Positions 20,095 through 35,400 of a stretch of DNA of 64,000 bases are shown piece after piece. The notes beneath the pieces were generated by a model. That model was not told the origin of the DNA. It saw nothing but the letters and a program-made list of their open reading frames with translations, and ran no database searches. The translations under genes and the position numbers were made by a program. Each line of letters begins with the position of its first letter. The stretch's first letter is position 1. The stretch comes from Macrostomum hystrix (lineage: Eukaryota; Animalia; Platyhelminthes), in contig CATNEN010000035.1 in the NCBI GenBank assembly GCA_950097015.1, positions 620,001-684,000 of the forward strand, given 5' to 3'.

Positions 20095-20700
20095 GTGACC
20101 TTTACACGGGGGGAATAGCGTTCCCCGGGAGGGGGGAATAGCGTGACATTTAAACGGGGGGAATAGCGTGACCTTTACACGGGGGGAATAGCGTGGTCTT
20201 TCCCCGGGGGGAATAGCGTGACCTTTACACGGGGAGAATAGCGTGGTCTTTCCCCGGGAGGGGGGAATAGCGTGACATTTAAACGGGGGGAATAGCGTGA
20301 CCTTTACACGGGGGGAATAGCGTGGTCTTTCCCCGGGTGGGGAATAGCGTGGTCTTTCCCCGGGTGGGGAATAGCGTGGTCTTTCCCCGGGGGGTGGGAA
20401 TAGCGTGACCTTTACACGGGGGGAATAGCGTGGTCTTTCCCCGGGGGGGGGGGAATAGCCGGACCTTTACACGGGGGGAATAGCGTGGTCTTTCCCCGGG
20501 GGGGGGGAATAGCGTGGTCTTTCCCCGGGGGGGGAATAGCGTGGTCTTTCCCCGGGGGGGATAGCGTGGTCTTTCCCCGGGGGGAATAGCGTGGCCAGTC
20601 CCCGGGGGGAATAGCGCTGCCAGTCCCCGGGGGGGAATAGCGTGGCCAGTCCCCGGGGGGAATAGCGTGGCCAGTCCCCGGGGGGAATAGCGTGGTCTTT
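20095..20700. repeat. GC-rich ~24-26-bp minisatellite (GGGGGGAATAGCGTGGTCTTTCCCC-like)
   Basis: Directly visible. Most units carry GGGGAA...TTCCCC self-complementarity. Confidence 0.9.
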
Positions 20701-23439
20701 TTCGCATGTCAAGAGACTTAAAATTCGATTTGATTATATTTGATTATTTATATAATACACGAGTAAAATACGGACACAATAGACTCCAACTCCATATGTA
20801 CTACACTCAACCCAGCTGAGCAAGTCAGTAGCACACCCACAGCTTCTGGCCTGGCACTTCCAAAGGCTTGTGTACATCTGTTCAGTCCGCGGACTGGGAC
20901 CCAACCGCATTTCTTACCTAGCTATAGCTATGTGCCTAATAAAAAATGGGGAATATTCTTAAGAGAAAAATGGCTAGAATGTGGTTAAAAAATAAGGCAT
21001 ACAACTCGATTATTTAATAATTCGTTGTTTTAGTTTAAAATTTGCGTGTATAACGAAACAGAGATAAGGCTGAGCAGGCTAGCAATGTGACTAGAGCACA
21101 TACAATGTGAGCAAGTGTAGGAATGCGTAGAAATGCAGTTCGCGCATTCCAAATTAAATACCAATTATGGACATGCTTTTAGCTCGTATGAGTATTTTCA
21201 CTGGCATTGTGAAAACCTATTTTAGTGTCTATAGGATCATATGCAGACAAATGTACAGTCAGTCTTCAGTCCGCCCACTACAAAGCTAAAATTTGCTTTT
21301 ACTCGCATCTGAGCGCAGGTCAAAATTAAGCTTCATTTTGAATTGCTCGAGAGCTAAATATTTCGAGCAATGGAATTTTTTGATTCAATTCAGAAGTCAA
21401 TTCAGAGAAGTTAATGTACTACATGGATAGTTAAATGTATAAACATTGAAAATAATAAACCTGTGAATGTACGAGCTAAATTCCATGAAAGGTTGAAATC
21501 TTCGAGACACGGATTTGCACGCTCATACTGCGGTTACATATTTGTAGACAAAACTAAAACTAGTGCACCAGCAGCCGGCTAGACCTGAAAAATAAGTCCA
21601 GCCATGTTTTTCAAGACAGTCCGTGTGATGGTCAATATGAGCACGATAACCTGATCATTGGGGCAGCTCCCGTGGGTCCGCCGGTTCTATAAACTTTCGA
21701 CTTTGGAGTTGAGCTTGAAGATCGAGTTCGGCAGCTCCGCGGTTTTATAGCTTCGAGTTAGTGAGAGGTCCCGCTGACGAAATTGCTCAAGCGTATAATA
21801 AAGTAGGAAAATATTCCTCGAGAGGATGGAGTTGGTTCGAGCGGAAGCTGGGGAATTGATTTCGATTTTTCGGATAGGCATTCTTTGACTTAAGAGCTCG
21901 ATCCATCCTACCTCGATAATGATGCACTGTCAGTTTAGAATTCCACGCCCTGAAAGATTTCATTTTTTATCTTTGACTAAATAAATCATAAAATCCAGTG
22001 CACACTTGACCACTACTTATGGATACGTAAAATTGCAGTTCAGTTCAGTTCAACAAAGGTGGGATCAATTTTCACTTAAAGAACATTTATGGTCGCATTA
22101 AATTAGGACAATGAGTTCCAGTAGTTGTGATATATAACGTAGCTTTACATATATCCTTAGGTCGTACATTATTAAAAAAGTAAATGGACTCAAAGACAAG
22201 TAATGTGCACTTTAATTAATTCTTTACTTGTGAAGTCAGGCCACATTATATAAACGAAACCGTTATATTTCTAAGTATAACACATTGCTCGAAGTGTTTA
22301 TCCTCATTTATTTTTTAAACATGTTTTACCACTTTTTTGGCTATTTCATAGTCGCATCCATTTTTTTCTGCAGCTTTAGAGACAACGCTTTTAAAATCGA
22401 TTAAGCACAAAAGTCTCGAAATATTGTGAAGGTTTGTGTCGATTGCAATTAGTACCATTTTTGCATTCACTTCTCGGATCTTATTTCTAATTTCGTGAAT
22501 AATTATAGAAATGTCAAAGGCTCACAGAAATTTTTTTCTCAGCCCAAGTAACAGTCAATAATGCATCCGTGTTATGATTCACTTAGCATCTCGGGTTTAG
22601 AAACAGTCATCTGCAGCCTTTAATTGTTAATAAATTCGCGGCGGCCCATGCACACACTGCCAGGGTACGTGGAAGATAATTTTGTTGCTTTCATCCTATT
22701 AAATCAGTGAAGCGATTATGCATCATGTAGTGTTTTAAATCATGCATCACATGAGTACTAGTGGGGAATTCATTAAAAACAAATCGTGATTGACTTCTTC
22801 TTATCGCTATGGCAATTATTTAACTTTCAAAGTTTCTAAGAAACATCGAATTAAAAATGAAGCTTTCAGAAACAGAGGTGCGTTACACTTTATTAAGGAA
22901 GACAAAATTGTTTAACATAGATAACTCAACTGAAAGAATGAAAATCGTTTTAGAACAATTAAATCCTTACAGGGCAATACATAAAAATGCGAACGCACTT
23001 AAGTAAAGTGTGTTTGCGAGATTACACAGATGTAGTCTGCATTTATTTAGCAATAAAATGTTGTCAGCTATTTCTTTATTTGTTTCTGAGACAGTAATTG
23101 CAATTGACATGAAGAATCTAACTATTTATATGTTTACTAACTAAGTAGGCCTAGTGTTGTAAAAATGAATATGTATAAGTATTATAAGCATTTATTAGTT
23201 TACTGAGTTATTAAGCAACGAGTAACTGGTAGAAAATATAGTAAGGATTAAAATTATCTAGTATATATAGCATTGGTTTTGAAAAAGTATGGCAAAACTT
23301 GTTTGGAAACATATATTTTCACAATGTATTCGTTGCAAACTGTCTGTATTTATTTTAATAATTTTTAATTTATTAAGAACTGATAGCTTTGTAGGTCTAA
23401 AAAGATTGATACATTGTCATTTTATAATTTACAGCTAGA

Positions 23440-26400
23440 ATGAAGAAGGAACTTAAAAATGGAAGAAATATTTTCTTGTTTGTGCCCAACATAATTGGTA
23501 AGTTTTATTTACAAACACATCTGGCAAAAAATTAGAATGAAATGAAAGTTTTTTGTTAAAATATTCTCTACATAATTTATAATAAGCAAAGCAGGAAATA
23601 TCAAACAGGTTTTTAATTTGAGGAGTTTTTTGATTTGCTAAAAGTGAGTGCACCTTGCATATATTCTTTGAAATATTTATTAAACTAGTTACTTGGTAAA
23701 GTTGCTGGTAAGAATATAATTACTTAAAAAGCAATAGCTACTAGTTTCAAAGCCGATTAAAACAAAAGTAAAAGTGACAATTTTCCTTTAAAACATCTGA
23801 AGAATTGAGTGTCCAATCGGTGTTCGCTGATTGGTTGTAAACACCCACCCCAGACACCCACCCCTCCGCCTTGTGCTGGGTCGTATTTCAGCCGGCGCCC
23901 GCGTGCTGCCCAGCCTTGTCTCTTCGCGCTGCGTGGTGTGAAATTTTGTGCCTTCGTGTCTGGGAGTGTGGTGTTTAATTTAGTTAAACATACTAGCAAG
24001 TTTTGCCCCCCTTCGGGGAGCAGAAATACTTTTAATTCGTCTAGTATATACTTTTTAGCAGCTGAATTTACAGCTTTTTAAAGTTACAATGATCCCCCAG
24101 TTGACAATGATCCCCCAGTTGACAATGATCCCCCAGTTGACAATGAACCCCCAGTTGACAATGATCCCGCCGGTTGACAATGATCCCACAGTTGACAATG
24201 ATCCCCCAGTTGACAATGATCCCCCAGTTGACAATGAACCCCCAGTTGACAATGAACCCCCAGTTGACAACGATCCCCCAGTTGACAATGATCCCCCATT
24301 TGACAATGATCCCACAGTTGACAATGATCCCACAGTTGACAATGATCCCCCAGTTGACAAAGATCCCCCAGTTCACAATGATCCCCCAGTTGACAATGAT
24401 CCCCCAGTTGAGAATGATCCCCCAGTTGACAATGATCCCCCAGTTGAGAATGATCCCCCAGTTGACAATGATCCCCCCAGTTGATGATGATCCCCCAGTT
24501 GAAAATGATCCCCCAGTTGAAAATGATCCCCCAGTTGACCATGATCCCCAGTTGAGAATGATCCCCCAGTTGACAATGATCCCCCAGTTAACAAAGATCC
24601 CCCAGTTCACAATGATCCCCCAGTTGATGAAGTCTCCCCATTGATGATGATCCCCAGTTAACAATGTTCCTCCAGTTGACAATGTTCCCAAAGTTATCAA
24701 TGATCCCCCAGTTGATGATGATCACCCAGTTGACAATGATCCCCCAGTTGACAATGATCCCCCAGTTGATGATGATCCCCCCGTTGAAAATGATCCCCCA
24801 GTTGAAAATGATCCCCCAGTTGACAATGATCCCCCAGTTGAGAATGATCCCCCAGTTGACAATGATCCCCCAGTTAACAAAGATCCCCCAGTTCACAATG
24901 ATCCCCCAGTTGATGAAGTCTCCCCATTAGTGATGATCCCTAGTTAACAATGTTCCTCCAGTTGACAATGTTCCCCCAGTTGACAATGATCCCCCAGTTG
25001 ATGATGATCACCCAGTTGACAATGATCCCCCAGTTGACAATGATCCCCCAGTTGACAATGATCCCCCAGTTGACAATGATCCCCCAGTTAACAAAGATCC
25101 CCCAGTTCACAATGATCCCCCAGTTGATGAAGTCTCCCCATTGATGATGATCCCTAGTTAACAATGTTCCTCCAGTTGACAATGTTCCCCCAGTTGACAA
25201 TGATCCCCCAGTTGATGATGATCCCCCAGTTGACAATGATCCCCCATTTGACAATGATCCCCCAGTTGACAATGATCCCACAGTTGACAATGATCCCGCC
25301 GGTTGACAATGATCCCACAGTTGACAATGAACCCCCAGTTGACAATGATCCCCCAGTTGATGATGATCCCCCAGTTGACAATGATCCCCCAGTTGACAAT
25401 GATCCCCCAGTTGACAATGAACCCCCAGTTGACAACGATCCCCCAGTTGACAATGATCCCCCAGTTGACAATGATCCCCCAGTTGACAATTATCCCACAG
25501 TTGACAATGATCCCCCAGTTGAAAAAGATCCCCCAGTTCACAATGATCCCCATTTTGATGATGACTCCCCCAGTTCACAATGATCCCCCAGTTGATGATG
25601 ATCCCCCAGTTGATGATGATCCCCAGTTGAGAATGATTCCCCAGTTGACAATGATCCCCCAGTTGACAAAGATCCCCCAGTTCACAATGATCCCCCAGTT
25701 GATGAAGTCTCACCATTGATGATGATCCCCAGTTAACAATGTTCCTCCAGTTGACAATGTTCCCGCAGTTGACAATGATCCCCCAGTTGATGATGATCAC
25801 CCAGTTGACAATGATCCCCCAGTTGAGAATGATCCCCCAGTTGACAATGATCCCCCAGTTAACAAAGATCCCCCAGTTCACAATGATCCCCCAGTTGATG
25901 AAGTCTCCCCATTGATGATGATCCCCAGTTAAAAATGTTCCTCCAATTTACAATGTTCCCCCAGTTGACAATGATCCCCCAGTTGACAATGATCCCCCAG
26001 TTGACAATGATCCCCCAGTTGACAATGGTCCCCCAGTTGACAATGATCCCCCAGTTGACAATGATCCCTCAGTTGAACACAATTCCCCCCAGTTGACAAT
26101 GATCCCGCCGGTTGACAATGAACCCCCAGTTGAGAATGATCCCCCAGTTGACAATGATCCCCCAGTTGACAATGATCCCCCAGTTGAACACAATTCCCCC
26201 CAGTTGACAATGATCCCCCAGTTGACAATGATCCCCCAGTTGAGAATGATCCCCCAGTTGAGAATGATCCCCCAGTTGACAATGATCCCGCCGGTTGATG
26301 ATGATCCCCCAGTTGATGATGATCTCCCAGTGGAAAATGATCCCCCAGTTGACAATGATCCCCCAGTTAAGAATGATCCCCCAGTTGACAATGATCCCCG

Positions 26401-29400
26401 AGTTAACAAAGATCCCCCAGTTCACAATGATCCCCCAGTTGATGAAGTCTCCCCATTGATGATGATCCCCAGTTAAAAATGTTCCTCCAGTTGACAATGT
26501 TCCCCCAGTTGACAATGATCCCCCAGTTGACAATGATCCCCCAGTTGACAATGATCCCCCAGTTAACAATGATCCCCCAGTTGACAATGATCCCCCAGTT
26601 GACAATGATCCCCCAGTTTGAACACAATTCCCCCCCAGTTGACAATGATCCCCCAGTTGACAATGATCCCCCAGTTGAGAATGTTCCCCCAGTTGACAAT
26701 GATCCCCCAGTTGACAATGATCCCGCCGGTTGACAATGAACCCCCAGTTGACAATGATCCCCCAGTTGATGATGATCCCCAAGTTGACAATGATCCCCAG
26801 TTGACAATGATCCCCCAGTTGACAATGAACCCCCAGTTGACAATGATCCCCCAGTTGACAATGATTCCCAGTTGACAATGATCCCACAGTTGACAATGAT
26901 CCCCCAGTTAACAAAGATCCCCCAGTTCACAATGATCCCCCAGTTGATGAAGTCTCCCCATTGATGATGATCCCTAGTTAACAATGTTCCTCCAGTTGAC
27001 AATGTTCCCCCAGTTGACAATGATCCCCCAGTTGATGATGATCCCCCAGTTGACAATGATCCCCCATTTGACAATGATCCCCCAGTTGACAATGATCCCA
27101 CAGTTGACAATGATCCCGCCGGTTGACAATGATCCCACAGTTGACAATGAACCCCCAGTTGACAATGATCCCCCAGTTGATGATGATCCCCCAGTTGACA
27201 ATGATCCCCCAGTTGACAATGATCCCCCAGTTGACAATGAACCCCCAGTTGACAACGATCCCCCAGTTGACAATGATCCCCCAGTTGACAATGATCCCCC
27301 AGTTGACAATTATCCCACAGTTGACAATGATCCCCCAGTTGAAAAAGATCCCCCAGTTCACAATGATCCCCATTTTGATGATGACTCCCCCAGTTCACAA
27401 TGATCCCCCAGTTGATGATGATCCCCCAGTTGATGATGATCCCCCAGTTGAGAATGATTCCCCAGTTGACAATGATTCCCCAGTTGACAAAGATCCCCCA
27501 GTTCACAATGATCCCCCAGTTGATGAAGTCTCCCCATTGATGATGATCCCCAGTTAAAAATGTTCCTCCAATTTACAATGTTCCCCCAGTTGACAATGAT
27601 CCCCCAGTTGACAATGATCCCCCAGTTGACAATGATCCCCCAGTTGACAATGGTCCCCCAGTTGACAATCATCCCCCAGTTGACAATGATCCCTCAGTTG
27701 AACACAATTCCCCCCAGTTGACAATGATCCCGCCGGTTGACAATGAACCCCCAGTTGAGAATGATCCCCCAGTTGACAATGATCCCCCAGTTGACAATGA
27801 TCCCCCAGTTGAACACAATTCCCCCCAGTTGACAATGATCCCCCAGTTGACAATGATCCCCCAGTTGAGAATGATCCCCCAGTTGAGAATGATCCCCCAG
27901 TTGACAATGATCCCGCCGGTTGATGATGATCCCCCAGTTGATGATGATCTCCCAGTGGAAAATGATCCCCCAGTTGACAATGATCCCCCAGTTAAGAATG
28001 ATCCCCCAGTTGACAATGATCCCCGAGTTAACAAAGATCCCCCAGTTCACAATGATCCCCCAGTTGATGAAGTCTCCCCATTGATGATGATCCCCAGTTA
28101 AAAATGTTCCTCCAGTTGACAATGTTCCCCCAGTTGACAATGATCCCCCAGTTGACAATGATCCCCCAGTTGACAATGATCCCCCAGTTAACAATGATCC
28201 CCCAGTTGACAATGATCCCCCAGTTGACAATGATCCCCCAGTTGAACACAATTCCCCCCCAGTTGACAATGATCCCCCAGTTGACAATGATCCCCCAGTT
28301 GAGAATGTTCCCCCAGTTGACAATGATCCCCCAGTTGACAATGATCCCGCCGGTTGACAATGAACCCCCAGTTGACAATGATCCCCCAGTTGATGATGAT
28401 CCCCAAGTTGACAATGATCCCCCAGTTGACAATGATCCCCCAGTTGACAATGAACCCCCAGTTGACAATGATCCCCCAGTTGACAATGATTCCCCAGTTG
28501 ACAATGATCCCACAGTTGACAATGATCCCCCAGTTGACAAAGATCCCCCAGTTGACAATGATCCCCAAGTTGACCATGATCCCCCAGTTGAGAATGATCC
28601 CCCAGTTGACAATGATCCCCCAGTTGACAATGATCCCCAAGTTGACCATGATCCCCCATTTGATGATGATTCCCCAGTTGACAATTATCCCCCAGTTGAC
28701 AATGATCCCCCAGTTTACCAAGATCCTCCAGTTGACGATTATCCCCCAGTTTACCTTGATCCCCATTATGATGATGACTCCCCAGTTGACGTTGATTTTT
28801 CAAACGCTGGGTTAGCCAAGATTCAAACTCAGGTTTCGCCATGTTTTAAACCCTGGTGGGCTATGATTCAAACTCTCGTTTTACCATGATTCAAACTCTG
28901 GTTTAGCCATGATTCTAACTCTGGTTTAGCCATGATTCAGACGCTGTGATGATTTAAAGTCTGCTTTTGCCATGATTCAAACTCTGTTTTAGCCATGATT
29001 TAAACTCTGGTGTAGCCATGATTCAAACTCTGGTTTCGCCTTGATTCAAATTTAGCCATGATTCAGACTCTAGGTTAGCCATGATTCAAACGTTGGTTTA
29101 GCCATGATTCAGACTCTGGTTTAGACATGATTCAAACTCTGGTTTAGCCATGATTCAAACTCTGGTTTAGCCATGATTCAAACTCTGGTTACGCCATGAT
29201 TCAGACTCTGGTTTAGCCATGATTCAAACTCTGGTTTAGCCATGATTCAAACTCTGGTTTAGCCATGATTCAAACTCTGGTTAAGCCATGATTCAAACTC
29301 TGGTTTAGCCATGATTTTAAACTCTGGTTTAGCCATGATTCAAACGCTGGTTTAGCCATGATTCAAGATCTGGTTTAGCTATGATTAAGACTCTGGTTTA

Positions 29401-32400
29401 GCCATGATTCAAACTCTGGTTTAGCCATGATTCAAACTCTGGTTTAGCCATGATTTTAAACTCTGGTTTAGCCATGATTCAAACTCTGGTTTAGCCATGA
29501 TTCAAACTCTGGTTTAGCCATGATTCAAACTCTGGTTTAGCCATGATTGAAACTCTGGTTTAGCCATGATTCAAACTATGGTTTAGCCATGATTCAAGAT
29601 CTGGTTTAGCTATGATTAAGACTCTGGTTTAGCCATGATTCAAGATCTGGTTTAGCTATGATTAAGACTCTGGTTTAGCTATGATTAAGACTCTGGTTTA
29701 GCCATGATTCAAACTCTGGTTTAGCCATGATTCAAACTCTGGTTTAGCCATGATTCAAACTCTGGTTTAGCCATGATTCAGACTCTGGTTTAGCCATGAT
29801 TCAAACTATGGTTTAGCTATGATTCAAACTATGGTTTAGCCATGATTCAACTCTGGTTTAGCCATGATTCAAACTCTGGTTAAGCCATGATTCAAACTCT
29901 GGTTTAGCCGTGATTCAAACTCTGGTTTAGCCATGATTCAAACGCTGGTTTAGCCATGATTCAAGATCTGGTTTAGCTATGATTAAGACTCTGGTTTAGC
30001 CATGATTCAAACTCTGGTTTAGCCATGATTCAAACTCTGGTTTAGCCATGATTTTAAACTCTGGTTTAGCCATGATTCAAACTCTGGTTTAGCCATGATT
30101 CAAACTCTGGTTTAGCCATGATTCAAACTCTGGTTTAGCCATGATTGAAACTCTGTTTTAGCCATGATTGAAACTCTGGTTTAGCCATGATTCAAACTCT
30201 GGTTTAGCCATGATTCAAGATCTGGTTTAGCTATGATTAAGACTCTGGTTTAGCCATGATTCAAGATCTGGTTTAGCCATGATTCAAACTCTGGTTTAGC
30301 CATGATTCAAACTCTGGTTTAGCCATGATTCAAACTCTGGTTTAGCCATGATTCAAACTCTGGTTAAGCCATGATTCAGACTCTGGTTTAGCCATGATTT
30401 AAACTCTGGTTTAGCCATGATTCAAACTCTGGTTTAGCCATGATTCAAACTCTGCTTTTGCCATGATTCAAACTCTGGTTTAGCCATGATTCAAACTCTG
30501 GTTTAGCCATGATTCAAACTCTGGTTACGCCATGATTCAGACTCTGGTTTAGCCATGATTCAAACTCTGGTTTAGCCATGATTCAAACTCTGGTTTAGCC
30601 ATGATTCAAACTCTGGTTAAGCCATGATTCAAACTCTGGTTTAGCCATGATTTTAAACTCTGGTTTAGCCATGATTCAAACGCTGGTTTAGCCATGATTC
30701 AAGATCTGGTTTAGCTATGATTAAGACTCTGGTTTAGCCATGATTCAAACTCTGGTTTAGCCATGATTCAAACTCTGGTTTAGCCATGATTTTAAACTCT
30801 GGTTTAGCCATGATTCAAACTCTGGTTTAGCCATGATTCAAACTCTGGTTTAGCCATGATTCAAACTCTGGTTTAGCCATGATTGAAACTCTGGTTTAGC
30901 CATGATTCAAACTATGGTTTAGCCATGATTCAAGATCTGGTTTAGCTATGATTAAGACTCTGGTTTAGCCATGATTCAAGATCTGGTTTAGCTATGATTA
31001 AGACTCTGGTTTAGCTATGATTAAGACTCTGGTTTAGCCATGATTCAAACTCTGGTTTAGCCATGATTCAAACTCTGGTTTAGCCATGATTCAAACTCTG
31101 GTTTAGCCATGATTCAGACTCTGGTTTAGCCATGATTCAAACTATGGTTTAGCTATGATTCAAACTATGGTTTAGCCATGATTCAAACTCTGGTTTAGCC
31201 ATGATTCAAACTCTGGTTAAGCCATGATTCAAACTCTGGTTTAGCCGTGATTCAAACTCTGGTTTAGCCATGATTCAAACGCTGGTTTAGCCATGATTCA
31301 AGATCTGGTTTAGCTATGATTAAGACTCTGGTTTAGCCATGATTCAAACTCTGGTTTAGCCATGATTCAAACTCTGGTTTAGCCATGATTTTAAACTCTG
31401 GTTTAGCCATGATTCAAACTCTGGTTTAGCCATGATTCAAACTCTGGTTTAGCCATGATTCAAACTCTGGTTTAGCCATGATTGAAACTCTGTTTTAGCC
31501 ATGATTGAAACTCTGGTTTAGCCATGATTCAAACTCTGGTTTAGCCATGATTCAAGATCTGGTTTAGCTATGATTAAGACTCTGGTTTAGCCATGATTCA
31601 AGATCTGGTTTAGCCATGATTCAAACTCTGGTTTAGCCATGATTCAAACTCTGGTTTAGCCATGATTCAAACTCTGGTTTAGCCATGATTCAAACTCTGG
31701 TTAAGCCATGATTCAGACTCTGGTTTAGCCATGATTTAAACTCTGGTTTAGCCATGATTCAAACTCTGGTTTAGCCATGATTCAAACTCTGCTTTTGCCA
31801 TGATTCAAACTCTGGTTTAGCCATGATTCAAACTCTGGTTTAGCCATGATTCAAACTCTGGTTTAGCCATGATTCAAACTCTGGTTTAGCCATGATTCAA
31901 ACTCTGCTTTAGCCATGATTCAGACGCTGGTTTAGCCATGATTCAGACGCTGGTTTTGCCATGATTCAAGCTCTGGTTTAGCCATGATTCAGACTCTGGT
32001 TTAGCCATGATTCAAACTCTGGTTTAGCCATGATTCAGACTCTGGTTTAGCCATGATTCAAACTCTGGTTTAGCAATGATTCAGACGCTGGTTTAGCCAT
32101 GATTCAGACGGTGGTTTTGCCATGATTCAAGCTCTGGTTTAGCCATGATTCAGACTCTGGTTTTGCCATGATTCAAACTCTGGTTTAGCCATGATTCAGA
32201 CTCTGGTTTAGCCATGATTCAAACTCTGGTTTAGCCATGATTCGGACTCTGGTTTAGCCATGATTCAAACTCTGGTTAAGCAATGATTCAGACTCTGGTT
32301 TAGCCATGATTCAAACTCTGCTTTAGCCATGATTCAGACGCTGGTTTAGCCATGATTCAGACGCTGGTTTTGCCATGATTCAAGCTCTGGTTTAGCCATG

Positions 32401-35400
32401 ATTCAGACTCTGGTTTAGCCATGATTCAGACTCCAGTTTAGCCATGATTCAGACTCTGGTTTAGCCATGATTCAAGCTCTGGTTTAGCCATGATTCAGAC
32501 GCTGGTTTAGCCATGATTCAAGCTCTATTTTTGCCATGATTCAAACTCAGGTTTGCTATGATTTATGATATTTTATTTACGAAATGAAAAAAAAAATCAA
32601 AATAATCTTCAATCACTACTGGCTGAAAATTAGTCTAAATGATTTGACGCAGTGCAGAATCGAACCCTAGCCTAGCCTATAACCTATTCCTAGTGCCTAC
32701 ACATCGGCTATTCCGACTGTTGGTTGGTGGGTGCAAAAATCAGCCTTATAAAATGAATTCTCAAAGTTCTGGCTTTGTACAATGAAGTGAGAAAATAGAG
32801 TACACTCAGTCTCGCGGTTGGTTGTGTACATTGATTTCAAATTTGTCTCCAGAGTGCAGGCTTCTAACTCAGTCAGCGAGGGGGTGTTGCGCAATTTGAC
32901 GATGCAATTCCAATTCAGCGGCAGTGAGTAAAATTCTCAATAGGCCAAGATGGTTTGACCTTTGAAAAATCATGTTTTTCGAATATTTAATCCCTTTAGC
33001 AATAAAGTTAGGCTTAATAAAAATACGTGTAAAATTGTCCCCATATTTGGCATCTTTTGGTGAAGAAATGGTGAAAATCGGTTGAGCCGTTCGGAAGAAA
33101 ATCAATTACAACCAACCAACCAACCAACCATTTCATTTTTAGTATAGTGGACTAGCTGCCTTCGCTACCCTCTGGGTAGCCTCCCTGTGAGTTCTTATCA
33201 GTTCGTTATCAAAACTGGCTCTGATGCAATCATAAAAATTGGCACTGGAGCCTCACTGTGCACAAGCTGGAAACAAGAATGCATTAGAAAAGCCTATTTA
33301 AAACTGTTTTTCGAATATTTAATCCCCTTAGCAATGAAATTAAGCTTAGAAAAAAGACGTGTACCGATTCGGGCCCATTTGTGATCTTTTGGCGAAGGAA
33401 TTGTGAAAATCGGTTGAGCCGTTCGGGAGCTAGTCGATTGCAAACAAGCAAGCAAGCAAGCAAGCAAGCAAGATTTTCATTTTTAGTATATTAGACTAGC
33501 AAGTTTTGCCCCCCTTCGGGGAGCAGAAATACTTTTAATTCGTCTAGTATATACTTTTTAGCAGCTGAATTTACAGCTTTTTAAAGCTACAATGATCCCC
33601 CAGTTGACAATGATCCCCCAGTTGACAATGAACCCCCAGTTGACAATAATACCCCAGTTGACAATGATCCCCCAGTTGAAAATGATCCCACAGTTGACAA
33701 TGATCCCCCATTTGATGATGATCCCCCCGTTGATGATGATCTCCCAGTTGACAATGATCCCGCCCGTTGACAATGATCCCACAGTTGACAATGAACCCCC
33801 AGTTGACAATGATCCCCCAGTTGATGATGATCCCCCAGTTGACAATGATCCCCCAGTTGACAATGATCCCCCAGTTGACAATGAACCCCCAGTTGACAAC
33901 GATCCCCCAGTTGACAATGATCCCCCAGTTGACAATGATCCCCCAGTTGACAATGAACCCCCAGTTGAAAATGATCCCACAGTTGACAATGATCCCCCAT
34001 TTGATGATGATCCCCCCGTTGATGATGATCTCCCAGTTGACAATGATCCCGCCCGTTGACAATGATCCCACAGTTGACAATGAACCCCCAGTTGACAATG
34101 ATCCCCCAGTTGATGATGATCCCCCAGTTGACAATGATCCCCCAGTTGACAATGATCCCCCAGTTGACAATGAACCCCCAGTTGACAACGATCCCCCAGT
34201 TGACAATGATCCCCCAGTTGACAATGATCCCCCAGTTGACAATGAACCCCCAGTTGACAATGATCCCCCAGTTGACAATGATCCCCCAGTTGACAATGAT
34301 CCCCCAGTTGACAATGATCCCCCAGTTGACAATGATCCCCCAGTTGACAAAGATCCTCCAGTTCACAATGATCCCCCAGTTGATGATGACTCCCCATTGA
34401 TGACGATCCCCAGTTAACAATGTTCTTCCAGTTGACAATGTTCCCCCAATTGACAATGATCCCCCAGTTGATGATGATCACCCAGTTGACAATGAACCCC
34501 CAGTTGACAACGATCCACCAGTTCACAATGATCCCCGAGTTGACAATGATCCCCCAGTTGACAATGATCCCACAGTTGACAATGAACCCCCAGTTGACAA
34601 CGATCCCCCAGTTGATGATGATCCCCCAGTTGATGATGATCACCCAGTTGACAATGATCCCCAAGTTGACCATGATCCCCCATTTGATGATGATTCCCCA
34701 GTTGACAATTATCCCCCAGTTGAACATTACCCCCCAGTTGACAATGATCCCCCAGTTGACAATGATCCCCCAGTTGACAATGATCCCGCCGGTTGACAAT
34801 GATCCCACAGTTGACAATGAACCCCCAGTTGATGATGATCCCCAGTTGATGATGATCACCCAGTTGACAATGATCCCCAAGTTGACCATGATCCCCCATT
34901 TGATGATGATTCCCCAGTTGACAATTATCCCCCAGTTTACCATGATCCCCCAGTTGACGATTATCCCCCATTTTACCATGATCCCCATTTTGATGATGAC
35001 TCCCCAGTTGACGTTGATTTTTCAAACGCTGGGTAAGCCAAGATTCAAACTCAGATTTCGCCATGTTTTAAACCCTGGTGGGCTATGATTCAAACTCTCG
35101 TTTTGCCCAGTTCACAATGATCCCCCAGTTGATGATGATCCCCCAGTTGATGATGATCCCCCAGTTGATGATGATCCCCCATTTGAAAATGATCCCCCAG
35201 TTGACAACGATCCCCCAGTTGACAATGATCCCACAGTTGACAATGATCCCCCAGTTCACAATGATCCTCCAGTTGATGATGATCCCCCAGTTGAGAATGA
35301 TCCACCAGTTGAGAATGATTCCCCAGTTAACAAAGATCCCCCAGTTCACAATGATCCCCCAGTTGATGAAGTCTTCCCATTGATGATGATCCCCAGTTAA

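Larger units (their letters stand above)
23993..33151 (-). mobile_element. Non-autonomous Helitron H1 (9.16 kb) carrying 18-bp and 23-bp satellite arrays
   Basis: Minus strand 5' TCCACTATACT at 33151 with nearby (TTGG)n. 3' hairpin GCTCCCC-GAA-GGGGGGC, then 8 nt and CTAG, followed by T. No TSD. Confidence 0.8.

Noticed and set aside
24083-32560. CRISPR-like appearance of long regular arrays
   Set aside because: Units are contiguous with no unique spacers, there are no cas genes, and the context is eukaryotic.
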